A stretch of 63,633 bases of DNA, filler included, from Octopus bimaculoides (taxonomy: Eukaryota): the NCBI RefSeq assembly GCF_001194135.2. It is 5 parts of 5 records of this genome, joined end to end, with 100 filler letters (N's around TTAATTAATTAA, not from the genome) between each part and the next. Parts side by side here need not be neighbours in the genome. Positions count along the whole stretch, not along the records: positions 1 to 21,282 come from NC_068988.1; 4 more parts are not named here. The stretch is one strand, 5' to 3'. Positions 1-13,124 of the stretch are shown in pieces. The stretch's first letter is position 1, and each line of letters opens with the position of its first letter. Below the pieces are notes generated by a model that saw only the letters and a list, made by a program, of their open reading frames with translations, was not told the origin of the DNA and made no database searches. The translations under genes and the position numbers were made by a program.

Positions 1-266
1 GAATCTAAAAACAGAAACAATTCCTATCATAGTAGGTGCCTTAGGTATAATAAAAACATATTCAGACAAATACATAACAAAAACACCAGGACTTACAAAT
101 ATATATAACATACAGAAAATTGCACTACTGGGTACTGCACACATTCTACGCAAAACACTTTCAATACAGTAAACATAAGAGCACCACAGCAAACCACAGC
201 ACATACCCAAGGCGCACAGAGCTGCGCTTGGTAGTGAAGTGAAAGCACGTTATAAAAATAAAACTA

Positions 267-269
<3 letters not shown>
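1..269 (+). mobile_element. 3' end of an R4/Dong-clade non-LTR retrotransposon (restriction-like endonuclease type)
   Basis: Frame 2-172 reads NLKTETIPIIVGALGIIK...IQKIALLGTAHILRKTLSIQ*, the typical R4/Dong C-terminus (IPIxxGALG...QKxxLLGTAxILRK). A short 3' UTR follows, then (TAA)n. Confidence 0.8.
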
Positions 270-310
<41 letters not shown>

Positions 311-319
311 TAATAATAA
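270..319 (+). repeat. (TAA)n microsatellite, tail or target site of the R4/Dong element
   Basis: Direct reading of the sequence. Confidence 0.95.
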
Positions 320-3072
320 GGCCCTGATCGAGTACCAACCAGAGGTTCTCATGGCTTCTGATCTTAACTGATTGGAAGTGTTATCGTGTACCTTGTCCTG
401 TCTTGGTATAAAAAATGGGCAACAGCACATATTCTGCTCCATATACCATAGATCTGCTTGTCAGTTGTTTGACCTTAATCAGTTAAGCATATCCCTTAGT
501 GGCTGACGATATGTGCATATCTGATCTGGAGCAGATGTAGTAGGGGTGCATCATAGCCATGTGTTGCGAGGAATTCTTTGGGGTTTGGATAAATCACATT
601 TGGAAACATCTGAAACATTTGAAATCAGTATGTCTATTGAATGTAATTGCCTTGCGCTGAAGATATCGCATACTGATTCAAAAAGGAAACGGGCTCGATT
701 AGCAAAATATTTCAGCGCATGTATACAACTGGACTAAAGTACAAGTAATCATGATTACATCGCTCCTAATGTAGTACATTGCTTTAGGAGAATGCACAGA
801 CACAATGATTGCCCAATATGAGGCCCCACCGACATGTACTAGGTAAAATACGTACTTATTATATTCATGTCTCGTATACGTCTGAGTTCAAGTATCAAAA
901 TATCGACGGCGTATTCCTTGTTATCTAACACAACATCAAAAATATGAACGTTGTCTAAACATAGTAAAACCGTCGCTGTATTGATGGTATTCAAAAGATG
1001 TCTAAGCGGTAACTTTAAAAGTTTACATAATCTAATTGCATTGGCGATTGTAATATATGAGTTTTAATTAAATATATTTAATTTTCTTTGTTTCGACGCC
1101 ATTCCATTGCTTACAATGACTCAATAAAATGTAGCAGATGTTTTACATAATAAAGTTTATGTGTTGTTTCGAAATTCTGAACGCACGAAACATCTGCAGC
1201 AGATTTCGAAGAAAGATACGAGCTGTTGTTTCAATAAATAATTATACGAAGCGTATACTATCTTTATATAGCTTGAAAGGACAATATATTTCTTATCAGG
1301 AATATGTGCAGACGAGAATATATACATTCTCCAGAATATGCTGAAAATTAACATAATCATACCCAAAGAATCATTGCGGGCAAGCAGTTATCTAAGTCGT
1401 TATTCAAACGGTTAGAAGTTGTAGCAAACGGTCAAATGATTCTCTACTACTTTAGCAAAGGAAGGACTCATTAATATTATAACAAAATATATGGTCGCGA
1501 CAAAATTTGGTCAGATGTAATTTTCATAATTTGAAATTTTAAGCTAATGGAAATAAACTGAAATGTGACATTGCACAAATTTAAATAGCTCAGGATCTAT
1601 AGAAAATAACGTACCTTAAAGGAAACTTCTCACATTTAATTTTAGGTAGGAGAAACAAATATAAACCCAAAACAGTGACACACAAAGCAACGGGAAGTAA
1701 TTTCAAACAATTAAATAAGTCTCACGGGAAATTACCCGAAATGCCAGCTGGGTCGACAAGATCTAATATGATGCGAACAAGTCCTTGGATACCACTGTGC
1801 TTGATAACAAATGAATAGAATTCACTTTTATATAAATATCACTAAATTCACGTAAAATGTTTTGGAATGCTTGAACTGATCCGCATATGCTAGTGTCACT
1901 AACAAACGCCACAGAATTGTGTTTACTTTCACTAAAAGAGAATCCATTCAACATTTTTACAAATGTCCTGTAGTAATTGATCTTAGTCTGTTTCGATGAA
2001 GTGTATTCCTTTCGCGCACGTATTTATTCAATTGCTATGTAGATAAATGGTCGTTCTACATACACACATATGTATTCATAACAGAATTTTCAATGCACCA
2101 GCTTCAAAGGAAATCTATCAAATATATAATGAATGCATTGTTTAAGTTGCAATTAATAAAAAAAGCAAACAACATTTTTCTGGTTTCGCTTGGGTGAGAG
2201 TTTTAACTATCGCAATCTGGCCAACTGCTTAAATTTAGCGAATTTTCACTCTGTTGCAGATATTCAGGTCTAGCCTCCGGTTTCAGGATAGCTTTAGAAT
2301 TCCATACCAATCATCTCAACTGCTTCATAAATGTTCATAGGTTCTATATTTTCTCTTCAGTAAAATATATGGAAAACATACGAGTTAAATTGTATTTCCT
2401 ATTTATTACCGTTAACTCAACAGCAAATGTAACATTACGCCATAGAGCTATGTGAAGTAATGAGATAACCTTTACGTAACCGTTTTATTTATTTGGAATA
2501 TTAACGAAATTCTCTTTTACACAATACATGCTTAGTTAAATAAATGATGCAGTAATGCAGCCCTTCACAGACATGAAAAAATAGAACGATGATGTTTGAA
2601 AGCACTTTCATCCAGGGTCTGACCGACTGGGGTTGATTACGGTAAAACAACAGCAAAATCTATGAAGCCAGGATTCATATGGTTCGTATACAATTCTATA
2701 ATTATATATATTCAGTGATCAATATATATGTGAGTTTACGCTTAGATGTACATGTATGTATGTATGTATACTTGTATGTATGCATCGATATATACACGCA
2801 TATAAGCATACACTTGTTTGTACATACGCAAATACACACGCGCACATGCCACATTTGAATATTCAAAATAGGAAGTCGTGGGCCATTACAGAAACCTTGA
2901 CAATGCACATTCGTAGCCTCTTCTAAATCATTCTTTTACGGTTCCATTGCAATATGTCGTTTTGGATATTGCTTCATTTTACTTCACCAGAATTACTGCT
3001 CGTTCAGTCCTTATTTACCTATTTATTTTATATTGCCATGTGTGCTCTGTTTAACAGAATCAGAAAGGTATA

Positions 3073-3110
<38 letters not shown>

Positions 3111-3194
3111 GTGTTCCGTTATTTATGGGGTCCATACAACGTGTTTCATGCAACGACAGATAAATTTCATTTGATATCCAAAGGATTTAAGGGG

Positions 3195-3480
3195 GCGAAT
3201 TGGCAGATTCGTTAACACGACGGAAAAGAGCTTTCGCGGTATTTCGTCTGTCTTTGAGATCCGAGCTCAAATTCTACCGAGGTCCATTATTCCCTTCATC
3301 CTTTTTGCGGTCGAGGAAATATGTGCATGTCGAGTACTGGGGATCGATGCAATAGCTTTAATCCCTCCTTCGAAATTGCTAGACCTGTACCCAAATGGGA
3401 AACCAATAATAGCGGGATGTAAATGCCAGCTACTATAAGTTTGATTCCATTGATATTAAAATAGTACAACCCGACATTTA
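3195..3480 (+). mobile_element. SINE family B, diverged copy with a different 3' tail
   Basis: Contains gcggtatttcgtctgtc...gagctcaaattctaccgaggtc...ttcatcctttt, matching the copies at 40601 and 53851. Confidence 0.7.
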
Positions 3481-4026
3481 TAGTCGGACAATCATTAAGG
3501 TTCATGTTTGTGACAGCGAGTAGGCGTATGCATGCACATACATGTATACATTATATATATATATATATATATATATATGAGGAGCTATTTTATTGTCTCT
3601 TATTATTTAGGAAATCCTCATGAATGTATCGAATTGCAGCATGCTGGGAAAAATGTTATTACTGAGAATATCCAAGAACACACTTTAACAAAAGCAATAC
3701 CATCACATGAACTAGAGATGCGTTTCAAGAACGATACCATTTCGATATTTATGTCTGTATTTCTAATCGATCTCAGACTAATAACAGAGAACGGGACAAC
3801 ACTGAGTGAACTCGACCACTGAAGTTGTAATCATAGTAATGATAACATTATCGATATTGATAAAAATAATAATAATATTGATGATAATGTTGATGATGAT
3901 GACTTCAAAATCCACCACAATGACGAGAAATCTCTGAAATTATCCCCTCCCAGCACTCTCCCATTTCGTTTCCCATTCTATCTACGCATTCAAAACTTCA
4001 ACTCCTCTCTTACCCGTCTCGCCGTC

Positions 4027-4071
4027 CATCCTCGCATCCTCGCATCCTCGCATCCTCGCATCCTCTCATCC
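4027..4071 (+). repeat. 8-bp tandem repeat (CATCCTCG)n, about 5.5 copies
   Basis: Direct reading of the sequence. Confidence 0.9.
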
Positions 4072-4373
4072 TTTTTTTCCTTATTTTCCTTCCTTAATCT
4101 GCTGTAACAAGTCCTAATGATGTCTCCAAAACAAAATATTCCGCCACCATTAAGGCAGAGAAGTGGACTTGAAAAATTACATTATTAAATAAACGCATTG
4201 ATTGATAGCTGTCGTATCGAATAGAGTTCAAGAGAGAAAACTTTGTGGAAGGAAGGAAGGTCAACTATCAAATAATATAAGGAAGAACACGATGACTATA
4301 AATAGTCGGTTGATGTTAGTTGGCAACATTCCCATCAGCTTATCTGTTCGGTTCTGCCGGGAAGTGTGTCTCG

Positions 4374-4408
<35 letters not shown>

Positions 4409-4428
4409 GTCTATGTCTCTTTGTGCAC

Positions 4429-4491
<63 letters not shown>

Positions 4492-4804
4492 ATATATACA
4501 TATTTATATATACATATATATACGTATTACACACACATATGTATATATATATATNNNNNNNNNNNNNNNNNNNNNNNNNNNNNNNNNNNNNNNNNNNNNN
4601 NNNNNNNNNNNNNNNNNNNNNNNNNNNNNNNNNNNNNNNNNNNNNNNNNNNNNNNNNNNNNNNNNNNNNNNNNNNNNNNNNNNNNNNNNNNNNNNNNNNN
4701 NNNNNNNNNNNNNNNNNNNNNNNNNNNNNNNNNNNNNNNNNNNNNNNNNNNNNNNNNNNNNNNNNNNNNNNNNNNNNNNNNNNNNNNNNNNNNNNNNNNN
4801 NNNN

Positions 4805-4837
<33 letters not shown>

Positions 4838-5591
4838 ATATATATTGGTGTACGTATAATTTATAATTATAGATGCCTATATTTGTGTGTATGTACTTAT
4901 ACATATATACATGAATATATGTATATCTGTATTTATATGCATAATTGTATGTTTGGATATCTGTGTGCGTATGTGTGTCTGCATAATCTATATATATATG
5001 CTTATATTTAGTGGATGGTAAAAGATAGATAGAAAAAGGAGAGAGGGAAAGAGGGAGACGGATACCAAAGTTTGCTGTGGTGTGGTGTTATGGATGACCA
5101 CACATGAACAGAATGCAAAGAAGCGTTTTAAATAGATTTGTATGTCGAGTTTTGTTGACTTTGAATTAAAAACAACAGACAAAACGATAGAACACAAAGT
5201 CTGTTCACATAAACACTTACAGAAATATGCATTATCATTATACGTATGTGTTGTGTGTGATACGTGTGGGGTATGAACTGATATTTATGTGTCCGTGTTC
5301 ATGTGTAACATAACACGTACACACATATGTATATGTGTGTATGTGTAAACATGTGTATATACATATAATTATGTTCATATGTTTATATATACTTAAACAT
5401 ACTCATACACAAACACACACACAGATAGATACGTATATGTATGTGTGTACGTATGTATGTATATATGTATATATATATATATAGACACATTTCTAAATAT
5501 ATTTCAAAGTTGATAAATATCGTCTCCCTTTTATTTCTCTCTTTTCTCTTTCTTCTCTCATTGTTTGTGGGTATGTTTGTGTGTGTGTGTG

Positions 5592-5638
<47 letters not shown>

Positions 5639-7340
5639 GTACAAATACATGTATATATGTATGCATATGTTTGCACACACACAGGGGTACAAACATATAT
5701 ACATACATATACGTGTATGTATATATATGTGTGTCTATGTGTGTCTGTTTGTGTGTTCATGTTTGTGTGTTTATCTATAGCGTAATTATTTGTGTAAAGG
5801 TGCATACATCTATATATGTTTCCTTCTCGTTGTTTGCACGGTTAATATGTGTGCGTGCGTGTATATATGTGCGCGCGCAAGTGCATGTGCCCGTCTATTC
5901 ACTTCCAAAATTTTATACGTTAAATTATTAATGGATTTCCATATTACTCGTAAACAGTTTTGGGGTTACGCAGGCGTGTATATACGCAAATATACACACA
6001 CCACATACAAGCCACTCACCCACGTACCCCCCCCCCNNNNNNNNNNACACACACGTTTCACGTTCACTATCATCATCAACCTTATTATCATAATCATCAT
6101 CATCGTCAACATCCTTGTTTGTATTCTGTCTTCAAAAACGAAGATGAATAGAAGACATTCTTCAGGTTGAATGCTGGTTCCTGTTTGACTAAGACAATCC
6201 GGAACAGGCAAACTCTGAAAGGTTATTCTAATAATTTCTGTTTGTTTCTTTAATAGGTCTTACTGTATCTCTGTTTGATCTCAGATGTCACCTTCTGAAT
6301 GTTCTCTGGTGGAAATTGCGCATTCAGTCGACAGGGTTTTCCTGGATCATAGGTTTTCGTGAACCTCCTGTCTGCATTCACTCTTTGTTTCGTAGCCCTC
6401 AATCAAACATTGCACAGTTTCCCTGGGGGTGGTGCAATCATCTCCGCTCAACGAATCCATTTTATTGTAATCATGCTCTGTTGAGCGCGGATGGGACTTT
6501 AGTGGATGTCCTTCAGTTTCTTTAGACACTTAAAATAACTGCCCTACATATTGAAGATTCACGTATGAGGATATTTTGAAAATGCCTCGAGTAGTGATGA
6601 CCGTGTTCAGCATACTTACGATTGGCCCTTTGGCAAGGCATTGTACCCTTGCGGCCACCCTGTCAGAGACATGTGAAGTCATGGGGTTGCAGCATGGAGG
6701 ATTGTGAAGAGTTAGTGGTAAAGCGCAATTGAGCCAACAGTGCTTCTTGCATTAAATCCTACAGGATTAACGGTCAGGATCACCAAGCCCTATCTAGAGA
6801 GTAACTGCGACGCATCTATACAGGTAGTGTCTATGTTTGTGTAATTAGCTAATGAAAGGTTCACACTAACTCAAGCTCTCAATTCAAATTCGTTATAATT
6901 GAACTGCATAGTGACAGAGAATCATACCTGCGAAAACAGCAAAAAAAAAAAAACATTTTGAAAACGATGTAGAAGCTCATAAAGCTTTGCACTTATTACA
7001 ATAGATATCTCACTTGCCTGAGTGCAGGCTCGATATTGGAACGACACAAGTTAATCTTTCAACTTTTAATCAGATGCTTAATTTTTGAACTGTATGAAGA
7101 AAACGCTGTATGGTTTTGCCAGTTTGCTGCTAAAATGCTTTGTTGATCTTCGTTTCAAATGCAAATAAAATCACACAATTACACACACACATACAAACAA
7201 ACACATGCACACATATCAGAAGCTGAAACATCGAAAGTCAACGGAATGTCGATATATCTAAAAGTGCCATTTGATTATTCTTCTGTTCCGCACTGAAAGG
7301 AATTACGCAAGCACATATGCCTACCCCGATACATATATGT

Positions 7341-7417
7341 ACAGAGAAAGAAAGAGAGTGAGAGAGAGAGAAAGAGATAGAGAAGAGAGAGAGAGAGAGA
7401 AAGTGAGAGATAGAGGA

Positions 7418-7451
<34 letters not shown>

Positions 7452-7522
7452 AAGAGAAGAGAGAGAGAGATAGAGAAAGAGAGAGAGAAGAGAGAGAGAG
7501 AGAAAGAGAGAGAGATAGAGAT

Positions 7523-7604
<82 letters not shown>
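7341..7604. repeat. Long (AG)n purine-rich microsatellite
   Basis: Direct reading; source of the ER-repeat and SL-repeat ORFs. Confidence 0.97.
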
Positions 7605-7779
7605 GTAGTCCGTTCTTATTAAATGCTTGATCACTTCGTGTTAGATATGTTTTTCCTGTACACGAACGTTCGTTATATCTGTTTGAAATTTCCGTTAAAA
7701 AAATGCAAATACATCTTGCCTCAAGTGACACAGACTTGTTTGTGCTGTCTGACATGTGGATTTTTAAATATCTTAGTAG

Positions 7780-8400
7780 TCCAGCTGTAAGTTGAATATC
7801 TTTTACGAATATGGCATATGAATGTGTTTGAGATGTGAACTTATTCGGGATTTGAGCGACTGACGGACGATATTATTTCGGTGTTTGGCAGGAGTTTCAC
7901 AGTTCTCTATTTCGGTTTTTGGCAATGTGTTTTTCAGTTCTCTTTGCATTTTTGCATAGTTTGATTGTTTGTTTCTTTTCCATTATTCTTTTTCCATTTA
8001 TTTCTACCAAGAACAATAGGTCTCTGATCGTTGTTTGGGATATTCAACTACACAAGACCTGAATTTTGCAAGCCTGTGAACAACAGGGGTGGGAACTTCC
8101 ATTCATATAGCTTACCATACAAACAAAATAAGACAGAATAAAACGGCGTATGGTTGCGGTCATCCTCCTCCATGGTGCGAATTGATGAGATTCCCGTTTT
8201 CTCTGGAACATTTGTATTTCGCCTAAATAATTTCCCGCTAATCCGGAGAATATAACGGAGTCTCATTTCTTTAAATTGTTCTAAGAATTTCATTTCGTGA
8301 TTGTAAACAACCCATGTTTCCGCCAAATAAAGTTCGTGAAATATCTTAATCAGAGATCTTCAGACAGTTGATTGTGACTTTCTATCTCAGAATGAGATCA
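7780..8400 (-). mobile_element. Degenerate RTE-clade LINE, RT C-terminal region
   Basis: Minus-strand LYLAETWVVYNHEMKFLEQFKEMRLRYILRIS...NTNVPEKTGISSIRTM matches the RTE motif YGxETWxxY...LExFxxRxLRxILxI. SRISSHLKH downstream resembles the C-terminal zinc-finger remnant. Confidence 0.75.
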
Positions 8401-8697
8401 CTCCAAAAACATCATCAAAGAATTTGAAGCTGCTTGTAATATCATTTGGATTAACAAAGCTAAGGCTATTCAAGCATTTTATCAACTCATAACATGGAAA
8501 GCCACAACTCTTCCTCAAATATCTGTGAAAGATAAAAGGTTAGATTTTGTTGATTCCTTTAAATCATTTGACAGCTTGTTAACTCAAAAGAAACTTTGGA
8601 AGCAGAATTGCATCTCACATTCAAAATGCATAGAAACCTTTTGGATTCCTTTTGGAACCTGTGTAGTTACAACATTATATATATATACATATATATA

Positions 8698-9479
8698 CTA
8701 GCAGAAATACCCGGCGTTGCCAGGGTTAAAGGAATAATGAAATTTTAAAAAGGCGTCGAGATTATGCAAGTCTCAGCAGCTAGTAGTACACTGCAAGTGT
8801 CTCTGAAGACCGCTTCGTTGCTGGATCATAATTGGAGGCTGTTTCATAGAAGTTGCTTCTCTGGGATGTTGCAACTGCTCTTCGTTCTGCCGTGGAGATC
8901 CTATGCATTGTCAGCCGTGCATACCTCTGTTCATCACTTTGAGATGCTATGGCTTTTGTAGTACACAGTATGCACGTTTCTTAGCGTGCTTCCATTTCTG
9001 CAGCTGTCTCTCTTTCTCTGGACAGGCACATTCTTTTGGCTCATCTTGACATTGTGGACAAATTTGATACTATCCTTCTGGGCATGGTTATGTACGTATA
9101 TAGAAATACATGTGTGCAGAATATAGTAAACAATGAAAATAACTTGGTAATATAAATTCCGGTTCTTAATATGACGGGCAGAATGTAAGTAAGACTATTT
9201 TTACGGAAAAGAAAGAATTACACAGGTTGAAATTCCTTTATTTACGTGTAGATGTTACGTCTCTGACTCTAGAAAACCCGAAGTAAATAGTGTACAAATT
9301 TTCAAAGACGTGAATGTAATATAAATAGTAGTATTTTTTTTATATTTAATAAAAAAATCAAATGAAGGGCCTAACATGTGTCTGAAGTCAAATTATTCAT
9401 GCATCACAATGATGGATGAAATTGGTGAAGGCGTTTTCGCGTGAAAAGCGAATATACATACATCTCTATTATATATACA
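8698..9479 (-). mobile_element. Non-autonomous Helitron (internal deletion derivative)
   Basis: Minus-strand 3' end CTAG|T with a subterminal hairpin (8710-8725, cccggc-gtt-gccaggg). The internal frame ETAAEMEAR*...SDEQRYARL...FYETASNYDPAT resembles the RepHel N-terminus (E.R..RL repeats then AFxYDP). The 5' TC end is mutated, so that boundary is approximate. Confidence 0.8.
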
Positions 9480-10029
9480 TATATATATATATATATATAA
9501 TCATAATCATAAATATACAGGGATTAGCTTGAGTTGCTTCTCCAACATACTGAAAATTTAGAAATATATATATATATATATACACACGAGACACAGGCAC
9601 AGACAGAAAAACAGACACACACACGTACATTTTCTGTCTTGCAAAATGGTTTATGTCCATTTATTGTTTGCATCAATTTCTTAAACACAATTCCATGATA
9701 AAAGACGATTCGTTCCCATCTTGTTACTCATACTAACAGAAGAGCAATCGAGTCCACCTTTTATCGGCGAAAATGTCCAAGCTATTTGTCAGCGTTGATA
9801 TTTACATATGAAACTAGTTAACTACACATTGACCCGTAAACTCCCAAGATATTTCTGCATCCCTAAACATAATCGCTTTTACTGCGAGAATATCTTTCAT
9901 ATTTGACGGTGCAGGAGAAAACTACAACCATAAAATAAAGGAAAGATATTGTTCTACTTTCAATAATATATCATAACATTATACATAATACATAATTTGG
10001 ATCCAATCTTTTATCTTTTTTCTTTTGTC

Positions 10030-10355
10030 TTTTACTTGTTTCAGGTATTTGGCTGCGGCTATGGTGGAACACCCCAATGAGGAAATTCTAATCCAAAGGA
10101 TCGACCTCAGTACAGCATTTTTTTAAAGTCTGGTACTTATTGTATCGAATCCTGTTGCCGAACAGGTAATTTTACGAGGACGTTAATATGCCAACACATG
10201 AATACTTTCTGTTAATCGGTGATCACACACACACGCGCGCACACACATAACTGACTTCAGTTTCTACCTACCAAATGCACTCACAAAAGGATTCGGTTGA
10301 TCTGACATTAAAATACAAGATACTTACCTAAGGTATCACACAGTGGGACTGAAAT
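10030..10355 (-). mobile_element. SINE family A, old diverged copy
   Basis: Reverse complement of the family A tail (ttttacttgtttcag) and head-region motifs (cagtgggactgaa). Confidence 0.75.
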
Positions 10356-12585
10356 GAGGTGCCCTTTCTTTATATATATATTTTTTTTTTAATAATATGA
10401 CAACAAAAGAATGAAGGAGACCGCGGTATTATGTAAAATAGAGGAATTTATCTATAGTCAGTTGTCATAATAAAACACAGTTTCCGACANNNNNNNNNNT
10501 TCGCCATGATAGATCGCTAGCCTCTAAAAGATAAAAAAAGGACGAGAAAACACAAGAACGTGTCATTCGGAGCTTCCTATCCTCAGTCGAGTACCAGATT
10601 ATCTTAGCAGTTTCGACCGATTACACTCGTGACCTCTCAAATCTGGCCAGTCCCAAGAAAATCTAAGCTAAGAGTATTAGATTCCTTGGAAGAAAGCCAG
10701 CGAATGTATACGAAAACAATGAAGAAAAATAGCGGAGAAATGGTACACAATTACAAATAAAAACAACAGGACATTAACAACAGGTGTCTTTCGACTAAGG
10801 ACGAATTAAATTAAGATGACGTGTGTGGAAGTGAAGCCTTAAGAGACGAAAATCGTGGGAAGGAATGCATAAGATGCTAGACGGATGGTAGTTGAACTAA
10901 GAAAGAAATGTCAGATTTGGTGGAACACAAGTCACGTGGAAGAAGACGAGAGAGGCAGAGGGATTGAAGAATTATTGAGGGAGGCACGAGGTAAAGAGAA
11001 AAAGAAAGGAAAGGGACAAAGTGAGGTAAAAGAGGAGGGACAGTGAGATTGAAGGGAAGGCCAAGGAATGTGAGAGAGAGGGAGCGAGAAACAGAAAAGT
11101 GGAAAGAAGACAGCGTGAAGTGGGGTGATAGAAAGAGTAAGAGAGTTGTACAGAATTTATATATATNNNNNNNNNNNNNNNNNNNNNNNNNNNNNNNNNN
11201 NNNNNNNNNNNNNNNNNNNNNNNNNNNNNNNNNNNNNNNNNNNNNNNNNNNNNNNNNNNNNNNNNNNNNNNNNNNNNNNNNNNNNNNNNNNNNNNNNNNN
11301 NNNNNNNNNNNNNNNNNNNNNNNNNNNNNNNNNNNNNNNNNNNNNNNNNNNNNNNNNNNNNNNNNNNNNNNNNNNNNNNNNNNNNNNNNNNNNNNNNNNN
11401 NNNNNNNNNNNNNNNNNNNNNNNNNNNNNNNNNNNNNNNNNNNNNNNNNNNNNNNNNNNNNNNNNNNNNNNNNNNNNNNNNNNNNNNNNNNNNNNNNNNN
11501 NNNNNNNNNNNNNNNNNNNNNNNNNNNNNNNNNNNNNNNNNNNNNNNNNNNNNNNNNNNNNNNNNNNNNNNNNNNNNNNNNNNNNNNNNNNNNNNNNNNN
11601 NNNNNNNNNNNNNNNNNNNNNNNNNNNNNNNNNNNNNNNNNNNNNNNNNNNNNNNNNNNNNNNNNNNNNNNNNNNNNNNNNNNNNNNNNNNNNNNNNNNN
11701 NNNNNNNNNNNNNNNNNNNNNNNNNNNNNNNNNNNNNNNNNNNNNNNNNNNNNNNNNNNNNNNNNNNNNNNNNNNNNNNNNNNNNNNNNNNNNNNNNNNN
11801 NNNNNNNNNNNNNNNNNNNNNNNNNNNNNNNNNNNNNNNNNNNNNNNNNNNNNNNNNNNNNNNNNNNNNNNNNNNNNNNNNNNNNNNNNNNNNNNNNNNN
11901 NNNNNNNNNNNNNNNNNNNNNNNNNNNNNNNNNNNNNNNNNNNNNNNNNNNNNNNNNNNNNNNNNNNNNNNNNNNNNNNNNNNNNNNNNNNNNNNNNNNN
12001 NNNNNNNNNNNNNNNNNNNNNNNNNNNNNGTGTGTTGGGGTGTGGTGGGATGAGCTTATGAGGGGGTGTTGACGAGGAGGGAGAAGGGGAAGGTGGATGT
12101 AAGAGAGGGGGAAGATGGGTATGGGAGGGGAGAGGAAGAGAGGAGAGAGGGTGGGTATAAGAGAGGGAAGGTGGATTGAAAGAGGGGGAAGGTGGGTATG
12201 GGGAGAGAGAAAGACGGGAAGGTACATACACGAGACCAATAATTTACGTGCACCATGTGTGTATATATATACGCGCACACACACAAAAATATCTACACAC
12301 GCATATATACATATATACATACATTCACATTGCGTACATTTATACGTATATAGATATCTATATATAAATGTGTATATATATGTATATATGTATATATATA
12401 TATATATACATATGTGTGTGTGTTTGTGTGTGTGTGTCTGTGTTAGTATTTGTGTATTGCAAGTAATATATATTTATTCAACTGGGAAGCTAATTGCATC
12501 ATCAGCGATTTTTAATCGCTGTTTTCCTATATCATTAGCGATAAATATTTACATACCATGCGGCTGATAGTGCATGCTTACTTAC

Positions 12586-12707
12586 CATGGCGCAAAAGCC
12601 GTGTCTAGCACCTTCTCCGCCGCTACCAGATGATTTTCGTTTGTTATATTCTTATCTATAGAGACATTACTTCCACAAGAGCTATTATCTTGAGGTGAAT
12701 ACCGCAT
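12586..12707 (-). CDS. Candidate first coding exon (MRYSPQDNSSCGSNVSIDKNITNENHLVAAEKVLDTAFAP), gene unknown
   Basis: Consensus donor G|gtaagtaag at 12585, ATG directly after an in-frame TGA, three N-x-S/T sequons, possible acceptor at 12764. No recognised homology. Confidence 0.25.
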
Positions 12708-12817
12708 TCAATTTGCGTTAATTATGGTAGACAGATGGCTCTTTTGATCTAATACTGCAACCGCTGCACATAACACACAAACAGGAACAAGCACCCATAT
12801 ATATTTAATAGTATGTA

Positions 12818-12855
<38 letters not shown>

Positions 12856-13092
12856 GTTTTATCTATATATTGTATGTATATACATACGCCCCCCTTCCCG
12901 CACACACATACATATGTATACTCACATACATAGATACACACACGTACATACGTTCATATGCGCACACGCACACGCACACACACGCGTATATTCGTCAGTG
13001 CCTGAGTGTATATATATATGTAAAGTGGTACGCATGTATACACTACGTACGTATGTGACATAATCATGCACACACACACACGCACACACACG

Positions 13093-13124
<32 letters not shown>

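Noticed and set aside
1157-1366. Hydrophobic minus ORF ending IVYASYN...FFEICCRCF, vaguely like GPCR TM7/helix 8
   Set aside because: No NPxxY or CWxP motif; AT-rich DNA gives such residues by chance.
4202-5931. Many ORFs of YI/CV/HT/SL dipeptide repeats, here and throughout the window
   Set aside because: Translations of (TA)n, (TG)n, (CA)n and (TC)n microsatellites; no coding signal.
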